NCBI GenBank assembly: GCA_945864585.1
Contig: CAMBCF010000006.1
Location: 3,325-67,324, forward strand
Length of the DNA stretch: 64,000 nt
Reading direction: 5' to 3'
Source: Bordetella parapertussis
Lineage (GTDB): Bacteria > Pseudomonadota > Gammaproteobacteria > Burkholderiales > SG8-41
The number at the start of each line of letters is the position of its first letter. Position 1 is the stretch's first letter. Made by a program: the position numbers and the translations under genes. The notes beneath the pieces were generated by a model, which was given only the letters and a program-made list of their open reading frames with translations, made no database searches and was not told the origin of the DNA. Of the stretch, positions 44,937 through 52,946 are shown in pieces.

Positions 44937-47240
44937 ATGACCGACCTGACGTTCCAACTCGAAGAAGCCACCATCGGCGAATTGCACGCCGCGATCAAAG
45001 CAGGGCAAATTACCGTGGTCGAAGTGGTGCAGCGTTACATCGCCCGCGTGCGCGCCTACAACGGCGTGTCCAGCATGCTGGTGACGGAAGACGGCGCAAC
45101 CGTTGCGCCTGCGCGGGGTGTGGTGCGCGGCCAGCAGCCGCTTACCTTTCCCACGCAAACGCTCAAGGCATCTACTCTGCTGCCCGATCTCGAAAAATAC
45201 CAAGGCCCGCCGCTGGAATTCGGCCGCATGGAGGCCACTGCATCAGACCCCACGGTGCAGCAGCAATTCGGCATGATCGCCGGCATAGCCAATGCGGGGC
45301 AGGTCAACGCGCTCGCCACGCTCAATCTGCGCGGCGAACGATCGGTCACCTGCAAAGGCGATTTCGACCGGCATCCCTTACTGGGACCGCTGCCCGAGGG
45401 CGCGCCGCCGGTTTGCGAAAATTTCCGCCAACAACCGGATGCACTCGAGCGCGCCGCCGAACTTGACGCGCAGTATGGCCGCCATCCCGATCTGCAAAAA
45501 CTGCCGCTGTATGGCGTGGTGTTCTCATTCAAAGATCCCTTCGACACCCAGGACATGCGCTCCACCGGCGGCGGCGATGCGGCCTACGACATCGATTTCC
45601 CGGCGCGCGATCACATCCTCGTCGACCAACTGCGCAGAAAAGGCGCAATCATTTTCGCCAAGGCCGTGAACACCGAATACAACGGCCGCGCCGGGGACCC
45701 GGGCGGGCGTAATGTGCCTGACAAGGTATTGCCCTCCACGCTCGGCTATCAGCGCGCCACGTGGGGCGGCAACCCCTCCAACCCCTATGACACCACGCGC
45801 GCGGCGTCGCTCGGTTCCAGTTCCGGCTCGGCGCTGTCGGTGAGCACCAATATGGTGATGGCGAGTCTGGGCGAAGAAACTCGTGCGTCGTGCCGCGGGC
45901 CTTCCAATCACAATGCGGTGGCACTGATTTTGCCGCACAAAGCCATGCTCGGTTTTGACGGCGGCGCTATCGGCGCGGACATTTATTGCGACCGCGCCGG
46001 CATTCATTGCCGCACCATCAACGATTGCGCCACAGTGCTGGATGCGTTGAAGGATGCGGATAACGGCTACTACGATGCGCGTGACGCCTACACCACGGTG
46101 CCGCGTTCGTCGGTGCTGAGCACGCCCTATTCAATCCATACCCGCGCATCGCCCACGCTCAAAGGCATGCGCCTCGGTATTATTCGTGAATCGATGGCGT
46201 ACCCGGCAGGCTCGAAAACCGAAGCGCCCATCGTCAGCGCCGCCGCCAGGGAAATCAAAACCATACTCGGCGAAAAACTCGGCGCCACACTGGTAGAGTC
46301 ATCCGATCCCAACTGGCAGCGCGATCCCGATTTTGAATTGATGACAGTGGATTTCCGGCGCGCACTGGCGCGGCTGGTGCCGGTGTTCATGCCGGATATT
46401 TTGTTCCGGCTCGACAGAAGCGGACAACCGCTGTTCAGAGAATTCGCTGCCGCCATCGCACCCACGGAATTCGTGCCGGGCAAGGTGTTTGGCACGGGCG
46501 CCATGACGCCCATCGATTATCTGGTGGAGCTGGCCGACGAACGCATCGCGCCGCCCGTCAATCTCGACATCGCCACCATTCAGGAACAAAAACTCGCGAA
46601 CACATTTCGCTTTCATATTCCGCAGTATCTCAAACGCCGCGCGGCGGACTGGCAGGCGCGCGGCTTTAGCGAAAGCATTGTCGATTTCGCCACGCTCAAC
46701 GCGCGCTCCAAATTCTGGGGCGACGATCAACGCGCGGCATTCAAAAACTGGGAGCAAACCACCGACCCACGCAATCCGCTCAACGGGCGCCAGGGTGTCA
46801 ACGAACGCATCATGCTGCGCGAACTGCTGCGCCGCGTGGACATGATGGTGCTATACGAAAACCACCTCGATGCGCTGGTGCGGCTGCACACGCCGTTCCC
46901 GCCGGGAAAAATCGGTGGCGCGCACCAACCGGGCATGCCCGGCAATCTGCGACTGGAAACCTATTACGGCCCCAATGCGGGCCTCACCGAAGTGCTGATT
47001 CCGGCGGGCTACGTCACCACCGCATACGATCCGCTGTTCAAGTTAAGCGCCGACGGTAAACGCTATGAAATGGCGGCATCCACTACAGCAACCCCGCTTG
47101 CGCCGCCGGGGCTGCCGTTCTCGCTGGTGTTCCGCGCCGAGCCAGGCAAGGAAGATGTGATTTTGAAGGTTGCATCGGCCTATGAGAACGCCTCAAGGCG
47201 GCGCATTTCGCCGCCGGCATTTGGGCCTTTGCCAGCCTAG
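44937..47240 (+). CDS. Amidase-signature family protein, unusually long (767 aa)
   Basis: It has FSFKDPFDT (the Lys) and SLGSSSGSALSV...SLGEETRASCRGPS (a Ser-rich signature), plus large insertions and a C-terminal extension. Confidence 0.78.
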   Translation: MTDLTFQLEEATIGELHAAIKAGQITVVEVVQRYIARVRAYNGVSSMLVTEDGATVAPARGVVRGQQPLTFPTQTLKASTLLPDLEKYQGPPLEFGRMEATASDPTVQQQFGMIAGIANAGQVNALATLNLRGERSVTCKGDFDRHPLLGPLPEGAPPVCENFRQQPDALERAAELDAQYGRHPDLQKLPLYGVVFSFKDPFDTQDMRSTGGGDAAYDIDFPARDHILVDQLRRKGAIIFAKAVNTEYNGRAGDPGGRNVPDKVLPSTLGYQRATWGGNPSNPYDTTRAASLGSSSGSALSVSTNMVMASLGEETRASCRGPSNHNAVALILPHKAMLGFDGGAIGADIYCDRAGIHCRTINDCATVLDALKDADNGYYDARDAYTTVPRSSVLSTPYSIHTRASPTLKGMRLGIIRESMAYPAGSKTEAPIVSAAAREIKTILGEKLGATLVESSDPNWQRDPDFELMTVDFRRALARLVPVFMPDILFRLDRSGQPLFREFAAAIAPTEFVPGKVFGTGAMTPIDYLVELADERIAPPVNLDIATIQEQKLANTFRFHIPQYLKRRAADWQARGFSESIVDFATLNARSKFWGDDQRAAFKNWEQTTDPRNPLNGRQGVNERIMLRELLRRVDMMVLYENHLDALVRLHTPFPPGKIGGAHQPGMPGNLRLETYYGPNAGLTEVLIPAGYVTTAYDPLFKLSADGKRYEMAASTTATPLAPPGLPFSLVFRAEPGKEDVILKVASAYENASRRRISPPAFGPLPA

Positions 47241-47324
47241 CAGAGCGTCAATCGGGCTTGCCGCCCGACACCTTCACTGCCCGGCCCCAGCGCACGATCT
47301 TCGCGAGGCATGCCTTCATTCGCG

Positions 47325-48368
47325 CTACAGTTCATAGAGTTCCAAATCCGGCGCCAGTTTGAGCAGTGCGGCATAGCCCTGTCGCGCACGGCTGCGCCAA
47401 CCTCGGCCACGCGCAACAAGATCACGCCATGCGGCGTTGAAAACCGCTGTCTGACCAGACTGCGCAAAATATGACGCCAACGCGGCAACCTGCAGCAAAT
47501 CTTTGATCTGCTTTGTGCGCTGCGCTAGCGGACGTTCACCATAGACCAGCAATTTATGCGCGGCATAACGCTCCGGCGCCGGAAGGTTTACCGTGCAGGC
47601 GCCGGTGCGGCCGAACACACAACCTTGCGTTGTGCCTTCGAGCGAAAATTCCATGAATTTCAACGGCTCTAATGCGATGTTGAGCGCGGGCACTACCACG
47701 GGCTTATTGCTGCGTCTGCGGCTGGTAAGGAAATCCACGCGCATTTCAGCGTCGGCCGGATTGCGGTATTGCGTGCCGATGGAGCCGTCCAGTTCCGTGA
47801 TAGGCAGCAATCCCATTTCCAGGGATTGCAATGCGCCATGCACGTTTACCTCGATATCCGCAGGCAACGCCACGGACGCATTGCTTCCGGCATGAGCAGG
47901 ATCCACATCCAGCGTGGTTACCGCGTCGCGCCAGCGTACCCCCAGCATATTGCCAAATGCCAGAAAAGCATGCGTGCCCACAAGCACAGCACCCGCCCTG
48001 AACAAGCCGCATTCCGCCAGACGTTTGATGACGCGAAAATGCTTGGGCGCATTTGCAGTGCATCCCAGATGGATCGCTGCCAGCGCCTGCGGCGCTAAAG
48101 CCTTGGTATTTCTTTCGCGGCGAAATTTCTCGACCAGCGCACGCACCTGCGCATTGTCGGGTCCGACATAGATGACCCGCGAGCGCTCGGCGCCCGTTTC
48201 CCGATACGAAAAATACCAGTACGCGTTACCCTTGCGCGCGGGCGTATGAAAACTGCCGGCGATGCCGGAAAGCGCATTCCCGAGTTCGAATGTACGCGTG
48301 CGCCCCGCCAATTCGGCGTAAGCCGTCTGGGCAGAGAGCGGCAGTTCGCTGTAGCGTGGCAGTGTCAT
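47325..48368 (-). CDS. Nucleotidyltransferase-fold protein (AbiEii/GSU2403-like)
   Basis: The 347-aa product has VGTHAF...(19 aa)...TTLDVD resembling the G[ST]-x-DxD NTase core, followed by RVDFLTS. The family assignment is from memory. Confidence 0.55.
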   Translation of the reverse strand: MTLPRYSELPLSAQTAYAELAGRTRTFELGNALSGIAGSFHTPARKGNAYWYFSYRETGAERSRVIYVGPDNAQVRALVEKFRRERNTKALAPQALAAIHLGCTANAPKHFRVIKRLAECGLFRAGAVLVGTHAFLAFGNMLGVRWRDAVTTLDVDPAHAGSNASVALPADIEVNVHGALQSLEMGLLPITELDGSIGTQYRNPADAEMRVDFLTSRRRSNKPVVVPALNIALEPLKFMEFSLEGTTQGCVFGRTGACTVNLPAPERYAAHKLLVYGERPLAQRTKQIKDLLQVAALASYFAQSGQTAVFNAAWRDLVARGRGWRSRARQGYAALLKLAPDLELYEL

Positions 48369-48387
48369 TGAACGTCAGCGTATTTAA

Positions 48388-48420
48388 GTTGCTAGTCATT
48401 ACTACAAAATGTCTAGCAAC
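48388..48420. promoter_or_regulatory. Inverted repeat GTTGCTAG-N17-CTAGCAAC upstream of the NTase gene
   Basis: The 8-bp arms lie at 48388-48395 and 48413-48420, 20-50 nt upstream of ATG 48368. Confidence 0.3.
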
Positions 48421-48474
48421 TGGCAAGGCTGTGATACCAGGACGTGCGACGAACGTTGAGCCTAAGTCACGGTA

Positions 48475-48790
48475 TTATTTTATGTGCTTCACCAGTTGCC
48501 GCGGCCCCACTTCTCCACCATAAACGTTGCCTGCGGCATCCATGGCGATGTCGTGCGGCGTTCTTAATTCGAGCGGCCCTTATCCAAACTTGCCGAACGA
48601 TTTGATGAACTTGCCGTCTCGGGTGAATTTCGAAATGCGCGCGACGGTATCCGGCTTTGCCGCCGGCGACTGCCCGGAATGTCCCTCGGTAATGAAAATA
48701 TCGCCGTTATCCGGTGCGGAAAAATGAACATGCTTGCACCAAAACTTCTGAGCAAATTGCCCGCCGCGTCGAATTTGAGCACCGGCGGCA
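48475..48790 (-). pseudogene. NHL-repeat (peptidyl-alpha-hydroxyglycine lyase-like beta-propeller) gene remnant
   Basis: VLKFDAAGNLLRSFGASMFIFPH changes frame into DNGDIFITEGHSG...ISKFTRDGKFIKSFGKFG. An in-frame TAA at 48580-48582 follows, then GPLELRTPHDIAMDAAGNVYGGEVGPRQLVKHIK*. The N-terminus is missing. Confidence 0.6.
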
Positions 48791-48845
48791 GCGTCGAGCT
48801 CGCACAACTCGATTCAAAGCAAGGCGCCGTTGGATGACGATGGCG

Positions 48846-48944
48846 CCCATGGGCAACACGCCCGAGGCATTTACCGTTCAGGTGAAAGCCGACAGCGCGC
48901 GCCGGGGCAAGGTCATACGCGACCGCGGCATCAAGGTGGACCAG
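48846..48944 (+). pseudogene. 3' stub of a further Bug/TctC gene
   Basis: PMGNTPEAFTVQVKADSARRGKVIRDRGIKVDQ matches the C-terminal about 30 aa of the intact Bug genes here (compare TPEEFAVHLKKETEKWGKVIKERRMKAD). No upstream body is present. Confidence 0.5.
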
Positions 48945-49007
48945 CGGATGCCGACAGCATCAAATCGGGGTAGGCTTATACGTGAAACACACACCAAGGG
49001 AGACATC

Positions 49008-49193
49008 ATGCAAAAGCTCATCGCGCAATTTTTCTATAGCTCGCTGCTCGCGCTGGTATTCGCCGCGCCAGCGGTTTACGCCGCCGACATCAACCGCGAA
49101 TGGGTGGATTTCACACCGCCGGCTGAAATCAAATGGGTGAAAAATCCGAGCGGCAACAATGAGTTGGCGATTCTACCGGAAGAGAAGAAGTAA
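49008..49193 (+). CDS. 61-aa secreted ORF, possibly the 5' fragment of a larger (cupin-type?) gene
   Basis: It has an AAGGGAGA SD and the signal peptide MQKLIAQFFYSSLLALVFAAPAVYA. It ends abruptly at a TAA, 8 nt before a G9 tract. Confidence 0.35.
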   Translation: MQKLIAQFFYSSLLALVFAAPAVYAADINREWVDFTPPAEIKWVKNPSGNNELAILPEEKK

Positions 49194-49271
49194 AGAAGTG
49201 TGGGGGGGGGTAACGACCCGCCCTACGGGGTGGCGACTAAGCGTCACTTTGATCGACGCAGGAAGACAAGA

Positions 49272-49850
49272 ATGATTAATCGAAAATTCTTTTTTGATCA
49301 CGTACGCACCTACCTGTTCGGCGGCACCCTGAAGCAATCCCAGGTCAAAGGGATCACCGCCATTCTCGATGGTTGGGATCAAAACTGGGCCAAAAAGGAC
49401 GACCGCTGGCTGGCCTATATGCTGGCAACCACCCATCACGAAACCGACAGGACCATGCAACCCATAGAGGAATACGGCAAAGGTAAGGGCCGCAAGTACG
49501 GCGAAAACTTCAAAATGGATGGCACGCGCTGCACCTACACCAGCAACATTTTTTACGGCCGGAGTTTTGTGCAAATGACCTGGTACGAGAACTACCAGAA
49601 AGCCGGCATTAAACTGAGGCGGAACTTCATCAAAAACCCGGCATGGGTAATGCAATTGAAAAATGCGGGCAAAATCATGTTCAACGGCATGAACGAAGGC
49701 TGGTTCGCCGGAAAAAAATTGAGCGATTATTTCAACGCAACCAGCGGCGACTGGATCAATGCCCGCCGCATCATCAACGGCCTGGACAAGGCCAATCTGA
49801 TCGCGGGTTATGCCCAACAGTATTATGGCGCGATCAGCCATACCATTTGA
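49272..49850 (+). CDS. Lysozyme/chitinase-like (GH19-type, predicted chitinase) protein
   Basis: The ORF is trimmed to ATG 49272 (AGGAAG SD). LAYMLATTHHETDRTMQPIEEYGKG...FYGRSFVQMTWYENY resembles the phage-type GH19 catalytic core. It is visibly more AT-rich than its neighbours. Confidence 0.6.
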   Translation: MINRKFFFDHVRTYLFGGTLKQSQVKGITAILDGWDQNWAKKDDRWLAYMLATTHHETDRTMQPIEEYGKGKGRKYGENFKMDGTRCTYTSNIFYGRSFVQMTWYENYQKAGIKLRRNFIKNPAWVMQLKNAGKIMFNGMNEGWFAGKKLSDYFNATSGDWINARRIINGLDKANLIAGYAQQYYGAISHTI

Positions 49851-49852
49851 GG

Positions 49853-50043
49853 CTGAAGTGCATGAAGGAGTGAATTGGTGAACGGGTGAACGGGTAAAAG
49901 CGTGTAGGGGTACTCCCTTCAATCGCACTACAGGAAAAAGTTAAGCCAAGCGGGGTACCCCGTCCACTCGTTCACTCGTTCACCCGTTCACGCTTTTACA
50001 CCTTCCCCTTCACTCACTCACGCTCCTACCCCTACTCTTCACC
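49853..50043. repeat. Oligomer-array hairpin element, GTGAACGN octamer type (copy 1), overlapping the xseA 3' end
   Basis: The left arm is GTGAATTG GTGAACGG GTGAACGG GTAAAAGC GTGTAGGG (49870-49909). The right arm is CCGTCCAC TCGTTCAC TCGTTCAC CCGTTCAC GCTTTTAC (49960-49999). CTTCAC-type units then extend to about 50043. Confidence 0.75.
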
Positions 50044-51383
50044 TCGCTCATCACCGCGCCGCGCGCGAACGTCACGCGAATTTCCTCACCTACTGCGAGG
50101 GTCGCCGCGTCGCGCACGATAACGCCTTGCGCCGTCTCGGCGATGCTGTAGCCGCGCTCCAGCATGCGTTGCGGATCCAGCGCATTGACGAACCCTTCGG
50201 CGCGCGCGAGCCGCGACTGCCGCTGCACCAGACCGCGCTGCATCGCCTCACCCAAGCGCCGTCCGGCGTCGCCTAAGGTGCGTTGAAGACCGCGCACATC
50301 GGGACGCGCTGCGTTATGGCGCTGCGCCACCGCGCGCAACGCCCACGCGCGCCCGTCGGCGGCGTGGGTGTAGGCACTGGTGAGCCGGCTCGCCAGATGC
50401 GCCAGATGGCGCCGCTGCTCGACGATGCGTTCTCCCGGATGCGTAAGCCGCCGCTGCAGATAATCGAGTTTCTGCATGCGGTCTTCGAGCCCGCGGCGCG
50501 TTACGCGCATCAGTTGCGTGCGCATTTGGGTAACCTTCGCGCGCAGCTCAATACGATCGGGGCTGACCATTTCCGCCGCCGCGGTGGGTGTAGGTGCGCG
50601 TGCATCGGCCACAAAATCCGCGATGGTGAAATCGGTTTCATGGCCGACGCCGGTGACCACCGGTATCGCGCACGCGTGTATGGCGCGCGCCACCACTTCT
50701 TCGTTAAACGACCACAGGTCTTCGATGCTGCCGCCGCCGCGGCACACGATCAGCACATCACACTGATCTTTCTGCGCACGCGTCGAAGCGGTGGCGATGG
50801 CCTGCATGATTTTTGCCGCAGCACCTTCGCCTTGCACCGGCGCCGGGTAAATCACCACCGGGATCGACGGCATGCGGCGCTTGAGCGTGGTTAACACGTC
50901 GCGCAATGCCGCCGCCTGCGGCGAAGTAACCACACCGATGGCGCGCGGAAATGCGGGGATTTTGCGTTTGCGTTCATCGGCAAACAGACCCTCGGCTTCG
51001 AGCTTGGCCTTGAGCCTTTCATACGCCTCATACAACGCGCCCAGCCCGGCGCGGCGCATGGTCTCAACGTTGAGCTGATACTTGCCGCGCGCTTCATACA
51101 CCGTTGGCGCCGCACGCACTTCGACGCGCATGCCATCCGCAGGCGTCCAATCGACGTGTTGCGCCTTGTGACGGAACATCACGCAGTCCACCTGCGCGCT
51201 GGCATCTTTCAAGGTGAAATACCAATGGCCGGAATCGTAGCGCCGCATATTGGAAATTTCGCCGGTTACCCAGGTCAGCGGCAGATTGCCCTCAATCGCA
51301 GCGCGCACCCGGCGGTTAAGTTCCGCGACCGAGATAACGGTGGCGCCCGCTGTCGCAACCGCTCTTTCTTCAAATAAAGTCAT
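50010..51383 (-). CDS. xseA: Exodeoxyribonuclease VII large subunit
   Basis: The 457-aa product has an N-terminal OB fold (VSELNRRVRAAIEGNLPLTWVTGEISN) and a GRGGGSIEDLW motif. Confidence 0.93.
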   Translation of the reverse strand: MTLFEERAVATAGATVISVAELNRRVRAAIEGNLPLTWVTGEISNMRRYDSGHWYFTLKDASAQVDCVMFRHKAQHVDWTPADGMRVEVRAAPTVYEARGKYQLNVETMRRAGLGALYEAYERLKAKLEAEGLFADERKRKIPAFPRAIGVVTSPQAAALRDVLTTLKRRMPSIPVVIYPAPVQGEGAAAKIMQAIATASTRAQKDQCDVLIVCRGGGSIEDLWSFNEEVVARAIHACAIPVVTGVGHETDFTIADFVADARAPTPTAAAEMVSPDRIELRAKVTQMRTQLMRVTRRGLEDRMQKLDYLQRRLTHPGERIVEQRRHLAHLASRLTSAYTHAADGRAWALRAVAQRHNAARPDVRGLQRTLGDAGRRLGEAMQRGLVQRQSRLARAEGFVNALDPQRMLERGYSIAETAQGVIVRDAATLAVGEEIRVTFARGAVMSEVKSRGRSVSE

Positions 51384-51518
51384 GCTGTAATTTTAAACCG
51401 CCACCCCTTCATTCAGCGTTGATTTCACGGACATTTTTTGAGCCGCCCGCAGCGCTTCATCCACAACAGCGCTGCAAGTCCTTGTTGTAAAAAAGCTTTT
51501 GTGGGTGGCGTCTCGACA

Positions 51519-51545
51519 GATAATGTAATCGTTTGTTTTTAAACA
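51519..51545. promoter_or_regulatory. AT-rich motif GATAATGTAATCGTTTGTTTTTAAACA (Fur-box-like left half plus TGTTTTTAAACA near-palindrome)
   Basis: It lies in the xseA-exbB spacer. A near-identical arrangement occurs at 59480-59505. Confidence 0.3.
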
Positions 51546-51634
51546 GATTTCTATACTGTTCTTTTGCTACTCAATGGCAAATTCCCTATTCCACAGCACC
51601 ACTTAGCGCCACTTCACACAGCTTGCACACAGAT

Positions 51635-51657
51635 TTATCCACAACATCTGTGGACAA
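51635..51657. promoter_or_regulatory. Inverted pair of DnaA boxes
   Basis: A perfect TTATCCACA lies at 51635-51643. TGTGGACAA at 51649-51657 is the reverse complement of TTGTCCACA (one mismatch). Confidence 0.5.
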
Positions 51658-51689
51658 GTGGGTAAGCCACTGAATTCGCGGCCCATTGC

Positions 51690-51814
51690 GGCGTGAGGGC
51701 TGAGAGCTGGACTGAGGACTGAGGGCCAACTGAGATGTCACGAAGGCAGTTTCAAGCTTGCTGCCTCAGTCCTCAGTCCTCAATCCTCAGTCCTCAGCTC
51801 TAAGCCCTCACGCC
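51690..51814. repeat. Oligomer-array hairpin element, GGACTGA type (copy 2)
   Basis: The left arm GGCGTGAGGGCTGAGAGCTGGACTGAGGACTGAGG (51690-51724) faces a right arm with five CCTCAGT heptamers plus CTCTAAGCCCTCACGCC (51764-51814). An inner hairpin GGCAG/CTGCC spans 51745-51765. Confidence 0.8.
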
Positions 51815-51882
51815 ACAACCCAGCTTGCCGAAACCCCCATTGCAATATACAGTTAGCGAAATTTTTTAAGGGAGTTTATCCA

Positions 51883-52494
51883 GTGTTCTCGCTCATTCAA
51901 GCTGCGGGCTGGCCCATTTGGCCTCTGCTACTTGCCTCGGTCATCGCATTGGCGATTATCGCGGAACGGCTGTGGTCGCTGCGCGCGAGCAAAGTCATGC
52001 CCAAGGGCCTGCTGATGCAGGCTGTGCAGGAATACCGGCAAAACGAAGCCAGCACTGCCAGTTTGACCCAACTCGCCGAAGGTTCGGCGTTGGGGCTGGT
52101 GCTCGCGGCGGGCATCAAAAACATCAAATCGTCGCCGCTGATACTCAAGGAATCGATTGAAGAAGCCGGGCGCGTCGCAGCAGCCAGCCTGGAGCGCTTT
52201 CTCACCACGCTCGGCACCATCGCTGCGGTGTCGCCGCTGCTCGGCTTGTTCGGCACCGTGATCGGGATGATTGAAATTTTTGGCGCTTCATCTCCCACCG
52301 GCAACAGTAATCCCACGCAACTCGCGCACGGCATCTCCATTGCGCTGTACAACACTGCATTTGGCCTGGTGGTGGCGATTCCGAGCATGATTTTCTACCG
52401 CCACTTCCGCAGCCAGGTGGATAACCTGCTGCTGGAAATGGAAATGCAGGGCACCAAGCTGGTGGAAATTCTGCACGGCGAGCGGCAGGTCTGA
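51883..52494 (+). CDS. exbB: MotA/TolQ/ExbB proton-channel protein
   Basis: GTG start with an AAGGGAG SD. It has three TM helices and the motif GLFGTVIGMI. Confidence 0.88.
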   Translation: MFSLIQAAGWPIWPLLLASVIALAIIAERLWSLRASKVMPKGLLMQAVQEYRQNEASTASLTQLAEGSALGLVLAAGIKNIKSSPLILKESIEEAGRVAAASLERFLTTLGTIAAVSPLLGLFGTVIGMIEIFGASSPTGNSNPTQLAHGISIALYNTAFGLVVAIPSMIFYRHFRSQVDNLLLEMEMQGTKLVEILHGERQV

Positions 52495-52512
52495 CGTGAT
52501 GGAGCTTGAACC

Positions 52513-52932
52513 ATGAAGTTCCGCACCCATGCGTTCCGCGAGGAACCGGAAATCAACTTCATACCGTTGATCGATGTGCTGCTGGTGATACTAATTTTCT
52601 TGATTATCACCACCACCTACACCAAACAAAGCGAGCTGCAAATCAATTTGCCGACCGCCGATTCGTCAGTACCGGCAGAGCGCGTTGACCAGATCGATAT
52701 CGCGGTCGATGCCACCGGCAAATACGTGGTCAACAGGACCGCCCACACCTTCATCACGCGTGACGCCTTTGCTACCGAGATCAAACGCGCCGCCGGCGCC
52801 AACAAAGACCCGGTAATCACCATCAGCGCCGATGCCCAGGCCTCGCACCAATCGGTGATTCGCGTGATGGAAGCCGCGCAGTACGCGGGCTTCGGCAAGA
52901 TCGCCTTCACCATACAAGCGGCCAAAAAGTAG
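52513..52932 (+). CDS. exbD: ExbD/TolR biopolymer transport protein
   Basis: The 139-aa product has INFIPLIDVLLVILIFL as a TM helix, followed by a periplasmic domain. Confidence 0.88.
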   Translation: MKFRTHAFREEPEINFIPLIDVLLVILIFLIITTTYTKQSELQINLPTADSSVPAERVDQIDIAVDATGKYVVNRTAHTFITRDAFATEIKRAAGANKDPVITISADAQASHQSVIRVMEAAQYAGFGKIAFTIQAAKK

Positions 52933-52946
52933 AGCAGCCCGCACGC

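Noticed and set aside
51690-51814. The heptamer/octamer arrays as a miniature CRISPR array
   Set aside because: The units are 7-8 nt and directly abutting, with no spacers. The arrays come in inverted pairs, and no cas genes are present. They are not CRISPR.
51384-51882. Calling the xseA-exbB spacer the chromosomal origin (oriC)
   Set aside because: There is only one perfect box and a few near-perfect DnaA boxes. There is no dnaA/dnaN/gidA/rpmH context, and I cannot compute genome-scale GC skew from one window. I keep it as a finding, not a feature call.
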